A stretch of 64,000 nucleotides of DNA from Candidatus Poribacteria bacterium. Its GTDB lineage: Bacteria > Poribacteria > WGA-4E > WGA-3G. The stretch covers positions 66,930-130,929 of the forward strand of contig OY764073.1 in NCBI GenBank assembly GCA_963668035.1, in the 5' to 3' direction. The first letter of the stretch is position 1. Each line of letters begins with the position of its first letter. Position numbers and translations under genes: made by a program. The notes beneath the pieces were generated by a model. That model saw nothing but the letters and a program-made list of their open reading frames with translations, did not search any database and had not been told where the DNA came from. Below are positions 27,189 through 37,161 of the stretch, piece after piece.

Positions 27189-28673
27189 TCAAGCCTTTCT
27201 ATCGAATTCCAGTATTTTCTTAATCTTACCCGGTTGTGCCCAATTGCACTTTCCCGCGCCGTTGAGTTGTCGCAACAGAGTCGGAATCTCTGGGTGCTCA
27301 AGCGCGGTCTTAATCCGTTGTGCTTCACGTTCAGACCAGCACGGAATAAATGCGTGCATTGCCTGATTGCCTTGCCATACCTGTCCTGCTATACTGCTCA
27401 GCACGACCGGCGTGAAATCGCTTTTTCCATACGCCTGCCAGATCACTTTAAAGGGCGCGAACGCGTAAGAACCCACACCGAGCAGTGCCCACCAATTGCC
27501 TCGCTTCATAGCAGATCGGAGGAGCGTTCCCTTTCGCGCTTGTAGGATGTCTTGCGCGTTCTGGAGGTGCTCTTTTAAAGTATCCCACTGTTGAATTTCA
27601 TTCCATGTAAGCGGTTTTCCCGTTTGTTGATGATACGGCAACAGGATCCACTTTTGGGGTAGGAATGTTTCCTGCCGCCATATCTCCTTCGTTGCAAGCG
27701 GATATAGGAACTGTTCAGGGAGATGTGAAGGTTTGTGGTCGAAAATAAAAACGCTATTGGCACCGCAGGTATTCACACCCTGTCGCGGTTTTTGTTCTGG
27801 CGACAATCTGATTTCAAGATTTGTTTCTGTATGTAGTTCGTCAAGATTTCGCACGACTCGCCACGGGTCTGTCGGGTTTCTGAGTGGCAGTGCCTTGTGT
27901 GCAGTCCATTTTCCATCTAACTCTCGAATATAAGAGACTGGAAAATCTTGGCGTGTGTCTACCTGAAATTTCGCGCAACAATACGATGTCCCGACCCCTT
28001 CAAATACTTTTGTGGAAGTGAATTCATAGACGGTATCTACGGCAAAATCCCTTTGAGAATCATGACCGTTTGCAGTGTAATTCCGAAATCCGCTATGCGT
28101 ACCCTCACCGAAAAAGAGAGAAGTAGGCACGTAAAAATAGCCAACTCCATTCTTTTTAAGCAATCTTCCCAAAGCCACCTTCAGCACCAGTGCTGCGATG
28201 TCGACCCGTGAGGCGCCCAAAAGCGTCTTCTGTCTGTCTGGCACGAGTCCTTCTTCAAGGAAAAAAGGTTTTAGACGTGTTTTATATGCCAACGGTAAAT
28301 CTCCGAAGTTCGTCCACGGTGGATTCCCGATGAGAATGTCATATTTTCCTGCATGTGTCTCCGTAATCACATCTTGGCAAAAGATTTGAGCAATCGGAAA
28401 ATCAACGCCGAACTCACGCTTAACGTTTTCTCTGAACCGTTCAAGATGTGAGGGGACTATCTCAATAAGCGTTAGGCGTGATAGGCGTTCAGGCGTAATA
28501 GGAACCCCTTTTCGCTTCGCAATATGGAGCATCGCGAGCGGGAACGCGCCTTGTCCAGCAGTCGGGTCGCAGATATGTGCGCCGTTGAGCCATGCATCGA
28601 AGATGTTCCACCTGTTGATGAGCCATTCTGACCATTTGAGTGGTGTAAAAACCTGTCCGATTTGTTTTTTCAT
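27189..28673 (-). CDS. Gamma-class N6-adenine DNA methyltransferase (stand-alone)
   Basis: Ordered motifs VFTP (motif X), DPTAGQGAF (motif I, AdoMet binding) and NPPW (motif IV). The C-terminal ~250 aa is consistent with a target-recognition domain. No adjacent restriction endonuclease ORF. Confidence 0.8.
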   Translation of the reverse strand: MKKQIGQVFTPLKWSEWLINRWNIFDAWLNGAHICDPTAGQGAFPLAMLHIAKRKGVPITPERLSRLTLIEIVPSHLERFRENVKREFGVDFPIAQIFCQDVITETHAGKYDILIGNPPWTNFGDLPLAYKTRLKPFFLEEGLVPDRQKTLLGASRVDIAALVLKVALGRLLKKNGVGYFYVPTSLFFGEGTHSGFRNYTANGHDSQRDFAVDTVYEFTSTKVFEGVGTSYCCAKFQVDTRQDFPVSYIRELDGKWTAHKALPLRNPTDPWRVVRNLDELHTETNLEIRLSPEQKPRQGVNTCGANSVFIFDHKPSHLPEQFLYPLATKEIWRQETFLPQKWILLPYHQQTGKPLTWNEIQQWDTLKEHLQNAQDILQARKGTLLRSAMKRGNWWALLGVGSYAFAPFKVIWQAYGKSDFTPVVLSSIAGQVWQGNQAMHAFIPCWSEREAQRIKTALEHPEIPTLLRQLNGAGKCNWAQPGKIKKILEFDRKA

Positions 28674-28855
28674 TTCATTAAAGGATACCCGTTATTCTCG
28701 GTTTTTGCAACGATTAATAAAGTTTGGACGATTTTTAAGCGATAGATATGGCACCCCTACAGTGCCTTGCATCGATGCGTCTGTGTTCGTTTTTCTGTGG
28801 GTTTGTTTTGTCTATAAGGCTCAGCAATACGAAAAATAGGACTATCATTTCTATT

Positions 28856-28930
28856 TTAGTCCCGTAGGGACGGTATGTTTATAGAGATGCGTCCGTCCTA
28901 TTGTTTAGCCCCGTAGGGGCGACATGTGTG
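28856..28930. repeat. Imperfect ~21-bp direct repeat pair (TTTAGYCCCGTAGGGRCGRYATGT) with an intervening inverted segment
   Basis: TTTAGTCCCGTAGGGACGGTATGT and TTTAGCCCCGTAGGGGCGACATGT are separated by AGAGATGCGTCCGTCCTATTG, which contains CCGTCC complementary to GGACGG. Confidence 0.5.
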
Positions 28931-29106
28931 TAGGAAGAATGAACTCTTTTAGCGAAATATTTACACACCGATTTTAACTTGATAATGGGTACGAAACACG
29001 CTATAATTAGAACAATATCCTGCTGATGATGAGTCAATTATGAGGAAACTCCAATATCCATTTATAGGAGTGTCCAATACGGCGATGAGGTCCCTCAACC
29101 CAGATT

Positions 29107-30051
29107 ATGACACAAAAAACAGGTTTCGCCTATCATCCAGATTACCTTAATCACGATACCGGTCCAGGGCATCCTGAACGGCCGGATCGTTTACGCGCGA
29201 GTTTAGCTGCACTCCAACAAAGCGATGTATGGGATCAATTGCACCAGATTGACCCAACACCTGCAAGTATTGAACAGATCGCTTACGCGCATAACCCTGC
29301 CTATAGTGAACATATCCGACAACACTGTGAAAAAGAAATCCCGCTTAGTTATGACACCACTGTCTGTTATGAATCGTTTGATATCGCGTTGCTTTCAACA
29401 GGCGGTGTGTTGCGTGCAGCAGATGTGGTCGCAACCGGGGTCGTCCAAAACGCTTTTGCGATGGTCCGTCCGCCCGGACACCACGCCACACCGGGGCAAA
29501 GTATGGGATTTTGTCTATTTAATAACATCGCAATTGCGGCGCGCTATCTCCAGCGCGAACACGGTGTCGGGAAAGTCGCGATTGTTGACTGGGATGTGCA
29601 TCACGGTAACGGCACACAAGACATTTTCTACGGGGATGAGACGGTCTTCTTTTTCTCTATCCACCAATCGCCGCTCTATCCGGGGACCGGTTCAAGTCGT
29701 GAGCGCGGTACCGGAAAGGCGCGCGGCACGACTTTAAACGTCCCGATGCCTGCCGGCAGTGGCGATGCCGAATACATCAAAGTCTTTACAGATATTCTTA
29801 TCCCGGCATTGCGAGACTTCTCGCCAGAAGTGCTATTAATCTCAGCAGGCTTTGATGCGCACTACCTCGACCCACTCGCCAATATTGAATTAACAGCGGA
29901 TGGGTTTGCCACACTCACGGATCTGATGCTTGAACTTGCTGGGGAGACAGCATCGGGACGCGTTGTTTCTACGTTGGAAGGTGGGTATAGTTTAGAAGGC
30001 GTATCCGAGTCTGTTGTCGCACATGTTGAAGGGTTGAGCAGAGTTTTCTGA
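29107..30051 (+). CDS. Histone-deacetylase-family amidohydrolase (AcuC / acetylpolyamine aminohydrolase-like)
   Basis: PPGHHA, DWDVHHGNGTQ and SIHQ...YPGTG motifs of class I/II HDAC-like enzymes. Confidence 0.8.
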   Translation: MTQKTGFAYHPDYLNHDTGPGHPERPDRLRASLAALQQSDVWDQLHQIDPTPASIEQIAYAHNPAYSEHIRQHCEKEIPLSYDTTVCYESFDIALLSTGGVLRAADVVATGVVQNAFAMVRPPGHHATPGQSMGFCLFNNIAIAARYLQREHGVGKVAIVDWDVHHGNGTQDIFYGDETVFFFSIHQSPLYPGTGSSRERGTGKARGTTLNVPMPAGSGDAEYIKVFTDILIPALRDFSPEVLLISAGFDAHYLDPLANIELTADGFATLTDLMLELAGETASGRVVSTLEGGYSLEGVSESVVAHVEGLSRVF

Positions 30052-30064
30052 TCGCCCGATAGCG

Positions 30065-31675
30065 TTAGGTATGAAGTGCTGATGGGGCTTCTTGGACTAC
30101 AGGAATAACATAACTCCGAAGCGTTAGGCCTGACACCCTCTCTGTCTCTACCATCGGCTCCGGATTCTGGCGGTGATCGAAGACGATATAGTAGCCTTTC
30201 TCCGCGCCCTCCGATTTTAAGTAGGCAGCGAGTTGTTGTTTCCCCGCCGCATAACGGCTCGATCCTTCCCAAATCTTGGTTTCGATGATGTATTTCTGCT
30301 GGTTATGGAGAATAAGCAGGTCGAGTCTGCCGCGCCCAGTTGTCACTTCGTGGAACATCGTTCCGCCCATAGTGCGAACAAACTGATCGAGATAGGCAGA
30401 AAGCAGGTATTGCCCAACAAATTCCTGGGGGGTTTCTGGCACTTGGAGGATCTTGTAACCTGCGCGAGTGATAAAGTCCTTGAAATTTTCAATAAGCAGC
30501 CCTATCTCAATATCTCCATCGGAAGTAAGATATTCAGAAAGGTCGGGACTGGTATTTTCAGGAAAGTAGTCATTCTCCAGTCCATTAAGCAAGGGTTGGA
30601 ACGTTTGCATGATACATTGCTGATAAATCGGGTTGATGATCTCACACATACCATCAGCCCCTTTTCCGATAACCCCATAAGTGGCGAGTTCACTGATGAT
30701 GTCGTCACGGAGCAGGAAAGGCACGCCTTTGTCATAAGAGATGATTTTCATCAATACGGTTTCAAATCGACGGTTTTTTCGGATGTTCGTCGTTAGATGC
30801 GACAGATTGGTATTATCCTCCGCAAGGAGTTGTGTAAGGGCCTGTGCGAAGTGCTCCATTGCAATCGTCTCGGTTTTCGGAGTATCCAGTTCTGTGGTAA
30901 GAATCTGTCCGAGCCGATTGACGAGGAAGGGTTGTCCTGCGGTCTGTCTGTGAATAGATTCAATCACTTCGGGTGCGAAGGGTTGTCCGACTTCATCGGT
31001 ATATTGCCCAAAGAGGTCGCCCACCTGTTCCAAGGTAAAGTTCGGCAGGTGAAATTCGTCTTGGATGTTGAAGGGCGAGATAGACCGGTCATAGTTGAGT
31101 TGTGCGATGCTCTTGACTCCTACAATGCCAACGCTGTGCAGGCATCGCTCGTCTTCAAAATGGTAGATGTGGCGGAGTGTATGAAGGAAATCGCTGACGG
31201 CAGCTGGGGGGATGCCATCAAACTCGTCAATGATGAAGACCACTTTTTGCTCCCCATATTCCACCGTCAATAAACTCGCGAAATCTTCAAAAAACTCCAG
31301 CATTGAACCGTGATGGCTGAATGTAGTGTTATCCAAGAGTTGTGTCAATGCTTCAGAAAGTCCGTGACCGCGTTTCTGAAAAACGTTCTCTATCTGTTTG
31401 CGGATCCTTTTGTAAAGCAATTCGTAAAAATCGGGAGGCGAGAAGTTTTTATAGATATCAAAGCTGAGTTGGATCGGGAAATAGGTTAGGTCTTCCGCAT
31501 CGAGCGTGGCGAGTGCCAATCGGAAAAACGTTGTCTTGCCGGTCTGGCGCGGCGCGAAAAGAACGATGTACCGTCCATCCTTCACGCGATTGATGAAATC
31601 TTTAATCTCGTCGGTGCGGGGGACGACGTAATGCCGGTCAGGTCGTACCGAGCCTTGGGTGCCAAACGTTCGCAT
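30065..31675 (-). CDS. AAA-ATPase-like N-domain + C-terminal PD-(D/E)xK nuclease-fold protein (DUF1703/PDDEXK_9-type), paralogue 1
   Basis: Walker A APRQTGKTTFF. C-terminal GRGRLDL...YIIETKIW (D...ExK). About 60% identical to 45019-46614. Confidence 0.75.
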   Translation of the reverse strand: MRTFGTQGSVRPDRHYVVPRTDEIKDFINRVKDGRYIVLFAPRQTGKTTFFRLALATLDAEDLTYFPIQLSFDIYKNFSPPDFYELLYKRIRKQIENVFQKRGHGLSEALTQLLDNTTFSHHGSMLEFFEDFASLLTVEYGEQKVVFIIDEFDGIPPAAVSDFLHTLRHIYHFEDERCLHSVGIVGVKSIAQLNYDRSISPFNIQDEFHLPNFTLEQVGDLFGQYTDEVGQPFAPEVIESIHRQTAGQPFLVNRLGQILTTELDTPKTETIAMEHFAQALTQLLAEDNTNLSHLTTNIRKNRRFETVLMKIISYDKGVPFLLRDDIISELATYGVIGKGADGMCEIINPIYQQCIMQTFQPLLNGLENDYFPENTSPDLSEYLTSDGDIEIGLLIENFKDFITRAGYKILQVPETPQEFVGQYLLSAYLDQFVRTMGGTMFHEVTTGRGRLDLLILHNQQKYIIETKIWEGSSRYAAGKQQLAAYLKSEGAEKGYYIVFDHRQNPEPMVETERVSGLTLRSYVIPVVQEAPSALHT

Positions 31676-31720
31676 CGCTTTCTCCTTTCAATCAAATTAT
31701 ACGCCAAAAATGAGAGTTCG

Positions 31721-32434
31721 TCAACTCGGCTTCTTCCCAACATGAATCGCAACGATGCCGAATGTTTTTCGAGAATACTGCACATCTGTCAGTCCGCACT
31801 GCTCCATAATGCCCTTCAACGCTTCACAATTCGGGAATTGCATAACAGAACGCGGGAGATACCCGTACGCGTCGTCTTTGTTCCGAGAGATAAGGTTTCC
31901 GATAAAGGGTAGAATCTTTGTGAAATAGGAGTAATAGAGGCTCCGAAACAACGGGTTTACGGGTTGTGTGAACTCCAAGATAACGACCCTGCCACCCGGG
32001 GCAGCAACGCGCACCATCTCTCGGATCCCCAACTCTAAATCGGAAACGTTCCGAATCCCGAAGCCGACAGAGACAACGTCAAAGGTATTTTCTAAAAACG
32101 GGAGGATGAGCGTGTCTGCTGCCAGGAAGTTTGTAGTGCGGTTAGAAACCGCACCTACCGGCTGCTGAAGTTTCTGATCCCCGATAACGAGCATCTCGAA
32201 GCAGAAGTCTGAGCCGATAACGAAACCGTCTGTCCCAAGTTTGTCCGAGTATGCAAGGGCGAGTTCACCTGTCCCCGTACAGACATCTAACACCTTGCTC
32301 GTCGGTTCAACTTCGCTTGCTTGGACTGTTTCCCGTCGCCACATCTTGTCGCGCTTGAGGCTTAGCAGCGAGTTAAGAAAGTCATAATAGCGAGCAATGG
32401 CTGAAAATAGGTTTTTTATCCGATGTGCCTGCAT
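31721..32434 (-). CDS. ubiE: Demethylmenaquinone / ubiquinone C-methyltransferase
   Basis: LDVCTGTGELA SAM-binding motif. UbiE/MenG family length and pattern. Confidence 0.8.
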   Translation of the reverse strand: MQAHRIKNLFSAIARYYDFLNSLLSLKRDKMWRRETVQASEVEPTSKVLDVCTGTGELALAYSDKLGTDGFVIGSDFCFEMLVIGDQKLQQPVGAVSNRTTNFLAADTLILPFLENTFDVVSVGFGIRNVSDLELGIREMVRVAAPGGRVVILEFTQPVNPLFRSLYYSYFTKILPFIGNLISRNKDDAYGYLPRSVMQFPNCEALKGIMEQCGLTDVQYSRKTFGIVAIHVGKKPS

Positions 32435-32522
32435 AGTGTCTTGTCAACTTCGAAGCGTTGTACGGGCGAGGTAACCTCGCCCCTACGAACCTGAGAGCAG
32501 ATATCTCTAAAATTGAGCTCAC

Positions 32523-34913
32523 CTACATCCGTAGTTCCGCACCTAGTTCCTGATTGAGACGTTTGACAACCTTATCGTGAAGGGCGTTGACTGCCTTGTC
32601 TGTCAAGGTTTCGGTTGCAGAGTGATACGTGATCGCGTAGGCGAGACTCTTCTTGCCTTCCGGAACTTGTTCGCCTTCATAGACATCAAATAGGCGGACC
32701 GACTCGACTAATTCGCCACCCGTCGCATAGATAAGTGCTGTCGGCATATCTGACAATATCACCTTATCCACGACAATCGCAAGGTCACGCTCAACCTTCG
32801 GATAGACAGGGATAGGTTCAAAGCGTTTGGCAAATATGGCAGCGTCTACTAACGCTTCCATGTCAAAATCAAAGAGATACGCCTTATAAGGCAGATTATA
32901 GGTCTCGAGCACCTCTGGGTGTGCCTCCCCGAATGTGCCGAGCTGATTGTCGTTGAATAGGACAGCTGCATTACGACCCGGGTGGAAGGTTGGCGTGTCC
33001 GTTTTCTGGAGCGTGTAATCAACGATCCCGCACACCTCAAGTATTCGTTCCACAAGCCCTTTGATGTCATAGAAATCCGGTTCCCGGTACGGGTTACTAT
33101 ATACGCCATCCCCGATCTGCCCAGCGAGAACGCCTGTAACCCGTTCCGGTTCTCTCTGTTCGCCGTTACCAATGAAAACGCTTCCGATCTCAAAGAGCGC
33201 GATGGTGTCTATCTGATGATTGTGGTTATACTGCGCGTTTTCAAGGAGGCTCGGTATCAATGTTGTGCGGAGCACCGACATTTCTGGGCTCAACGGATTT
33301 CGCAACTTCAAGGCAGCGCGGCGTGGATCGTCAGCCGTGAAACGAATTTTGTCAAAGCAGTTCGGATCACAGAAGCTATAATTGATCGCTTCCATCATTC
33401 CGGCAGCAAGAAGAAATTCTTTTATACGCTTGCGGACTTCTCTGCTCGGATTCGGGGCAGGCACAGGAATATCACCCTTAGGCAGCGTTGTCGGAATATT
33501 ATCGTAGCCGTGAACACGCGCAATCTCTTCAATAAGGTCAATTTCACGCGTAACATCTGATCGGAACGTAGGCACGGTGGCCTGATACGTCTCACCCGCT
33601 GCATTCACATCGAAACCGAGGTCGCTTAAAATCTGTACCATCTCTGTTGCTGCAAGTGCGGTGCCTAATATAAAATTCACACGCTCTGGATGGAACTGAA
33701 TCCGATGCAGGGGTTGTTGTCCCGGATACACATCGACAGTGCCTTTACAGACGCTACCGCCTGCCAGTTCAGTGATGAGTTGTGTCGCCCGGTCCATGGC
33801 AGTTAGGACTGCGCTGGGGTCGGCACCCCGCTCAAATCTGTAGGAGGCTTCCGTGCTGATTCCCAATGCTTTCGCGGTCGCACGGATACTTGATGGATTG
33901 AAATAGGCACTCTCTAACAACACGTCACAAGTGGTTTCTGTGATTTCGGAATCGTATCCGCCCATAATCCCCGCGAGGGCGACCGGCTTTTCAGCATCCG
34001 CAATAACGAGCATGTCAGGTGTGAGTTCACGTGCGATCTCATCAAGCGTTGTTAGGGTTTCACCCGCCGCTGCACGCCGCACAACAATACGATTTTCCGC
34101 AAGTTTGTGATAATCGAAGGCGTGGAGCGGCTGCCCGTATTCCATCAGGACGAAGTTCGTAATATCAACAATGTTGTTAATAACGCCGACACCGACAGAT
34201 TCAAGGCGTTGCTGTAGCCATGCTGGAGACTGTCCTACGCTAACGCCTCGGATAACACGTGCAGCATAACGCGGACAGAGGTCAGATGCTTCAATTGTCA
34301 CAGATGTCATCTCTTGAATATCGGTTTCATCTTCGTTGAGGGTAACTTCAGGCAGTTTTAAGGCATTTCCTGTCTCCGCACGGATTTCGCGGGCAACGCC
34401 GATCAGACTCAAACAATCTGGACGGTTGGGCGTAATTTCCAGTTCAAACACGACATCATCGAGTCCTAAAGCGGTTGATAGAGATGTGCCAACGGGTATA
34501 TCCGCCGATAGTTCCATTAAACCCGCGGCATCGTCGGAGAGACCCAACTCTTTTTCGGAGCAGAGCATCCCGTGCGAAGGTTCGCCGCGCAGTTTCGCTT
34601 GTTTGATTGTTAAACCGATGGGCAGCGTGGCACCGATTGTGGCTACGGGGGCAAGCATCCCTTCTCGGACGTTCGGCGCGCCACAAACAATCTGGAGTGC
34701 TTCTCCGATGTCTACCTGACAGAGGACGAGTTTGTCGGCGTTTGGATGCGGTCGGATAGCGGTGACGCTCCCGACGACCACGCCTTCAAGTTCGGCACCG
34801 AGCTGCTTGATGGATTCAACTTCAATGCCCAACATCGTTAATCGGTCTGCGAGTTCGTTCGGCGAAAAATCAAAATCAATGTAGGTTTTAAGCCAATTGA
34901 GGGTTACGTTCAT
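32523..34913 (-). CDS. pheT: Phenylalanine--tRNA ligase beta subunit
   Basis: N-terminus MNVTLNWLKTYIDFDFSP. Full-length PheT architecture (796 aa). Confidence 0.92.
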   Translation of the reverse strand: MNVTLNWLKTYIDFDFSPNELADRLTMLGIEVESIKQLGAELEGVVVGSVTAIRPHPNADKLVLCQVDIGEALQIVCGAPNVREGMLAPVATIGATLPIGLTIKQAKLRGEPSHGMLCSEKELGLSDDAAGLMELSADIPVGTSLSTALGLDDVVFELEITPNRPDCLSLIGVAREIRAETGNALKLPEVTLNEDETDIQEMTSVTIEASDLCPRYAARVIRGVSVGQSPAWLQQRLESVGVGVINNIVDITNFVLMEYGQPLHAFDYHKLAENRIVVRRAAAGETLTTLDEIARELTPDMLVIADAEKPVALAGIMGGYDSEITETTCDVLLESAYFNPSSIRATAKALGISTEASYRFERGADPSAVLTAMDRATQLITELAGGSVCKGTVDVYPGQQPLHRIQFHPERVNFILGTALAATEMVQILSDLGFDVNAAGETYQATVPTFRSDVTREIDLIEEIARVHGYDNIPTTLPKGDIPVPAPNPSREVRKRIKEFLLAAGMMEAINYSFCDPNCFDKIRFTADDPRRAALKLRNPLSPEMSVLRTTLIPSLLENAQYNHNHQIDTIALFEIGSVFIGNGEQREPERVTGVLAGQIGDGVYSNPYREPDFYDIKGLVERILEVCGIVDYTLQKTDTPTFHPGRNAAVLFNDNQLGTFGEAHPEVLETYNLPYKAYLFDFDMEALVDAAIFAKRFEPIPVYPKVERDLAIVVDKVILSDMPTALIYATGGELVESVRLFDVYEGEQVPEGKKSLAYAITYHSATETLTDKAVNALHDKVVKRLNQELGAELRM

Positions 34914-34958
34914 AGATAGGATCCTGCGTTACGGCACGGCGGAGCGTGCCTACTACTT

Positions 34959-35975
34959 TTAAAACTGGCGTAGGAAACGGAGATCGTTCTCATAAAGGGT
35001 ACGTATATCAGGGATACGGAATTGGAGGTTCGCGATCCGCTCTACCCCCATACCGAAGGCAAACCCGGTAACTTCGTTCGGGTCATAGTTCACCGCTTCA
35101 AATACGGCTGGGTCAACAGCACCGGCACCCAAAATTTCGACCCATCCAGTACCGCCACAGCTCCGACATCCTTTGCCTTGACAGACAGCACAGGATATAT
35201 CCATTTCTGCGCTGGGTTCAGTGAATGGAAAGAAGTGTGGACGGAAACGCATCTGTGTCTGGTCACCGAACATCTGACGGGCGAAAGCGGTCAAAACGCC
35301 CTTTAGATCGCTAAAGGTGGCATGCGTATCCACGAGCAAACCCTCTACCTGATGGAACATTGGTGTGTGTGAGACATCGTAATCCACCCGATAGCATTTT
35401 CCTGGCACGATAATACGGACCGGAGGTTTCTGATTCTCCATTGCCCGGATCTGAACAGGGGAGTTATGCGTTCGTAACAGGTGACCATCCATAAGATAAA
35501 AAGTATCGTGTAAGTCGCGAGCCGGATGATCGGCAGGCGTGTTCAGCGCATCGAAGTTATAATATTCGGTCTCAATGTTTGGGCCGGTCACAACTGCGAA
35601 CCCCATTTGGCGGAAGATCGCCTCGATCCGCTCCAAGGTCTGTGTGATAGGGTGCGCTTTCCCGTAAGCCGGCTTTCGTCCGGGAAGTGTGATGTCAACA
35701 GCTTCTGCGGCAAGTTGATGCTCTTGTTGCTGGCGATGCAGTGCTTGTGTCGCTGCTTCAAACGCTTGCGTGAGCGTAGTGCGTACCTCATTGGCGAGTT
35801 TTCCAATCTCTGGACGCTCCGCTTTGGAGAGTTTACCCATGCCTTTCATAACATCTGTTAGTTTGCCCCTGCGTCCAAAATATGTGATCCTGAGCGATTC
35901 AAGCGCGTCTGGCGTTTCCACCGATTTTAATGCCGCAAGTGCTTCTGCCTGAATCGCCTGCAGTTCTGCTTTCAT
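34959..35975 (-). CDS. pheS: Phenylalanine--tRNA ligase alpha subunit
   Basis: Class-II aaRS motifs (FRPHFFPFTEPS, GxGxGxERI). Confidence 0.92.
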   Translation of the reverse strand: MKAELQAIQAEALAALKSVETPDALESLRITYFGRRGKLTDVMKGMGKLSKAERPEIGKLANEVRTTLTQAFEAATQALHRQQQEHQLAAEAVDITLPGRKPAYGKAHPITQTLERIEAIFRQMGFAVVTGPNIETEYYNFDALNTPADHPARDLHDTFYLMDGHLLRTHNSPVQIRAMENQKPPVRIIVPGKCYRVDYDVSHTPMFHQVEGLLVDTHATFSDLKGVLTAFARQMFGDQTQMRFRPHFFPFTEPSAEMDISCAVCQGKGCRSCGGTGWVEILGAGAVDPAVFEAVNYDPNEVTGFAFGMGVERIANLQFRIPDIRTLYENDLRFLRQF

Positions 35976-36388
35976 ATTTACCTCGTAAAATGTTTGTGGC
36001 AGGAAAACATTTCCGATGCCGACATAAGCCTACTGACAACCGATAACCGAAAACTGACAATTGTTAAAAGGAAAAACCTATCCCTCTGCCCCGTAACTTC
36101 AATCTCGTGGTTGAAGTTATTATGGGGACGAAAGCGATAGGCATCTACTTCCGCGGTACCACCCCGCTTGGCAGCTTGTTGCTACAAGTCTGCCCGCTTC
36201 ATTTTCTAATTTGCCCCTTACCCAGCAACGGGCAGGGACTCCAGCTCCAGGATGAAATTCGACTGCTGCTCTCAAAACCGCGCTTCCAGCCGATGACGCG
36301 GTCTCTCTATTTGGGAGGTCTCAACAGTTTACGTGTGTCCCTTCGTAGCCTTTTATCTTTTAATTTTATTAACAGCGATTGTGTTATT

Positions 36389-36736
36389 CTACCCCTTTGC
36401 AAGGGCGACCAGCTGCCCAAAACCGGCTTCGTCGTTCACTGCGATGTCGGCGAGGACCTTCCTGTCCAGTTCAATGCCTGCGGTTTTGAGCCCGTGTATA
36501 AATCGGCTGTAAGAGAGGCCGTGCAATCTGGCGGCGGCGTTAATTCTGGCGATCCAGAGTCGTCTAAAATCGCGTTTGCGTGCGCGGCGATGCGCGTAGG
36601 CGTGGTTCCAACCCTTCTCCACCGCCTCCATAGCGGTACGCTTGAGGTTGTTCCGCCCGCCGCGGTAACCTTTGGAATGCTTGAGCATCCGACTGCGCCG
36701 TTTGCGTCGGACATTTCCTGTTTTTACTCGTGCCAT
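36389..36736 (-). CDS. rplT: 50S ribosomal protein L20
   Basis: [16 protein letters not shown]... canonical bL20. Confidence 0.95.
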   Translation of the reverse strand: MARVKTGNVRRKRRSRMLKHSKGYRGGRNNLKRTAMEAVEKGWNHAYAHRRARKRDFRRLWIARINAAARLHGLSYSRFIHGLKTAGIELDRKVLADIAVNDEAGFGQLVALAKG

Positions 36737-36837
36737 TTAAATAAAACTCCTATCGCGAGCAGCGTTGCCGTTCACGATCACTTCCACTATTTTGCCCATG
36801 GTTCATTCGGGCATCCATTTCTACTGATGAATGAGGT

Positions 36838-37032
36838 CTACTGATGAATGAGGCGTTTCAAGCGTTTCGTATTGCTTGGGTCAACAAGCGTCGCTTGCCG
36901 CAACCTACGTTTCTGCTTTGACGACTTTGAGAGAAATAGGTGTCCAGCGTAAGCACGCTTGCGACGGATTTTACCTTTTGCGGTGAATTTGAAACGTTTT
37001 GCCGCGCCTTTATGCGTTTTAATTTTCGGCAT
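36838..37032 (-). CDS. rpmI: 50S ribosomal protein L35
   Basis: MPKIKTHKGAAKRFKFTAKGKIRR canonical bL35. Confidence 0.95.
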   Translation of the reverse strand: MPKIKTHKGAAKRFKFTAKGKIRRKRAYAGHLFLSKSSKQKRRLRQATLVDPSNTKRLKRLIHQ

Positions 37033-37161
37033 TTGTAAGTACCATCCGTTTTCAGTGCGCGACCGACGGTCGCTGCTACAAAAAATATATATCGCGGTTG
37101 TGTCCCTACCCGTTAGTGGGGAGGGAACCCGCGCCTACAGAAAGAGTGCAACGACAAAACA

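Noticed and set aside
32435-32522. GGGCGAGG-taac-CCTCGCCC hairpin between pheT and ubiE as a terminator
   Set aside because: A perfect 8-bp stem, but with no U-tract in either orientation. More likely an intercistronic stabiliser than an intrinsic terminator, so it is not listed as a feature.
32982-33560. 192-aa plus-strand ORF inside pheT
   Set aside because: Antisense to a highly conserved aminoacyl-tRNA synthetase gene. No motif support.
35976-36388. Possible pheST Phe-codon leader peptide (as in E. coli pheM) between rplT and pheS
   Set aside because: The only small minus-strand ORF (MPIAFVPIITSTTRLKLRGRGIGFSF) has 3 Phe in 26 codons and no adjacent terminator. Not convincing as an attenuator.
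36107-36844. 245-aa plus-strand ORF spanning rplT
   Set aside because: Overlaps the canonical L20 gene on the opposite strand. Spurious.
36819-36852. 17-bp tandem duplication (CTACTGATGAATGAGGT x2) at the 3' end of rpmI
   Set aside because: A short local duplication overlapping the stop codon region. Likely slippage with no functional implication discernible.
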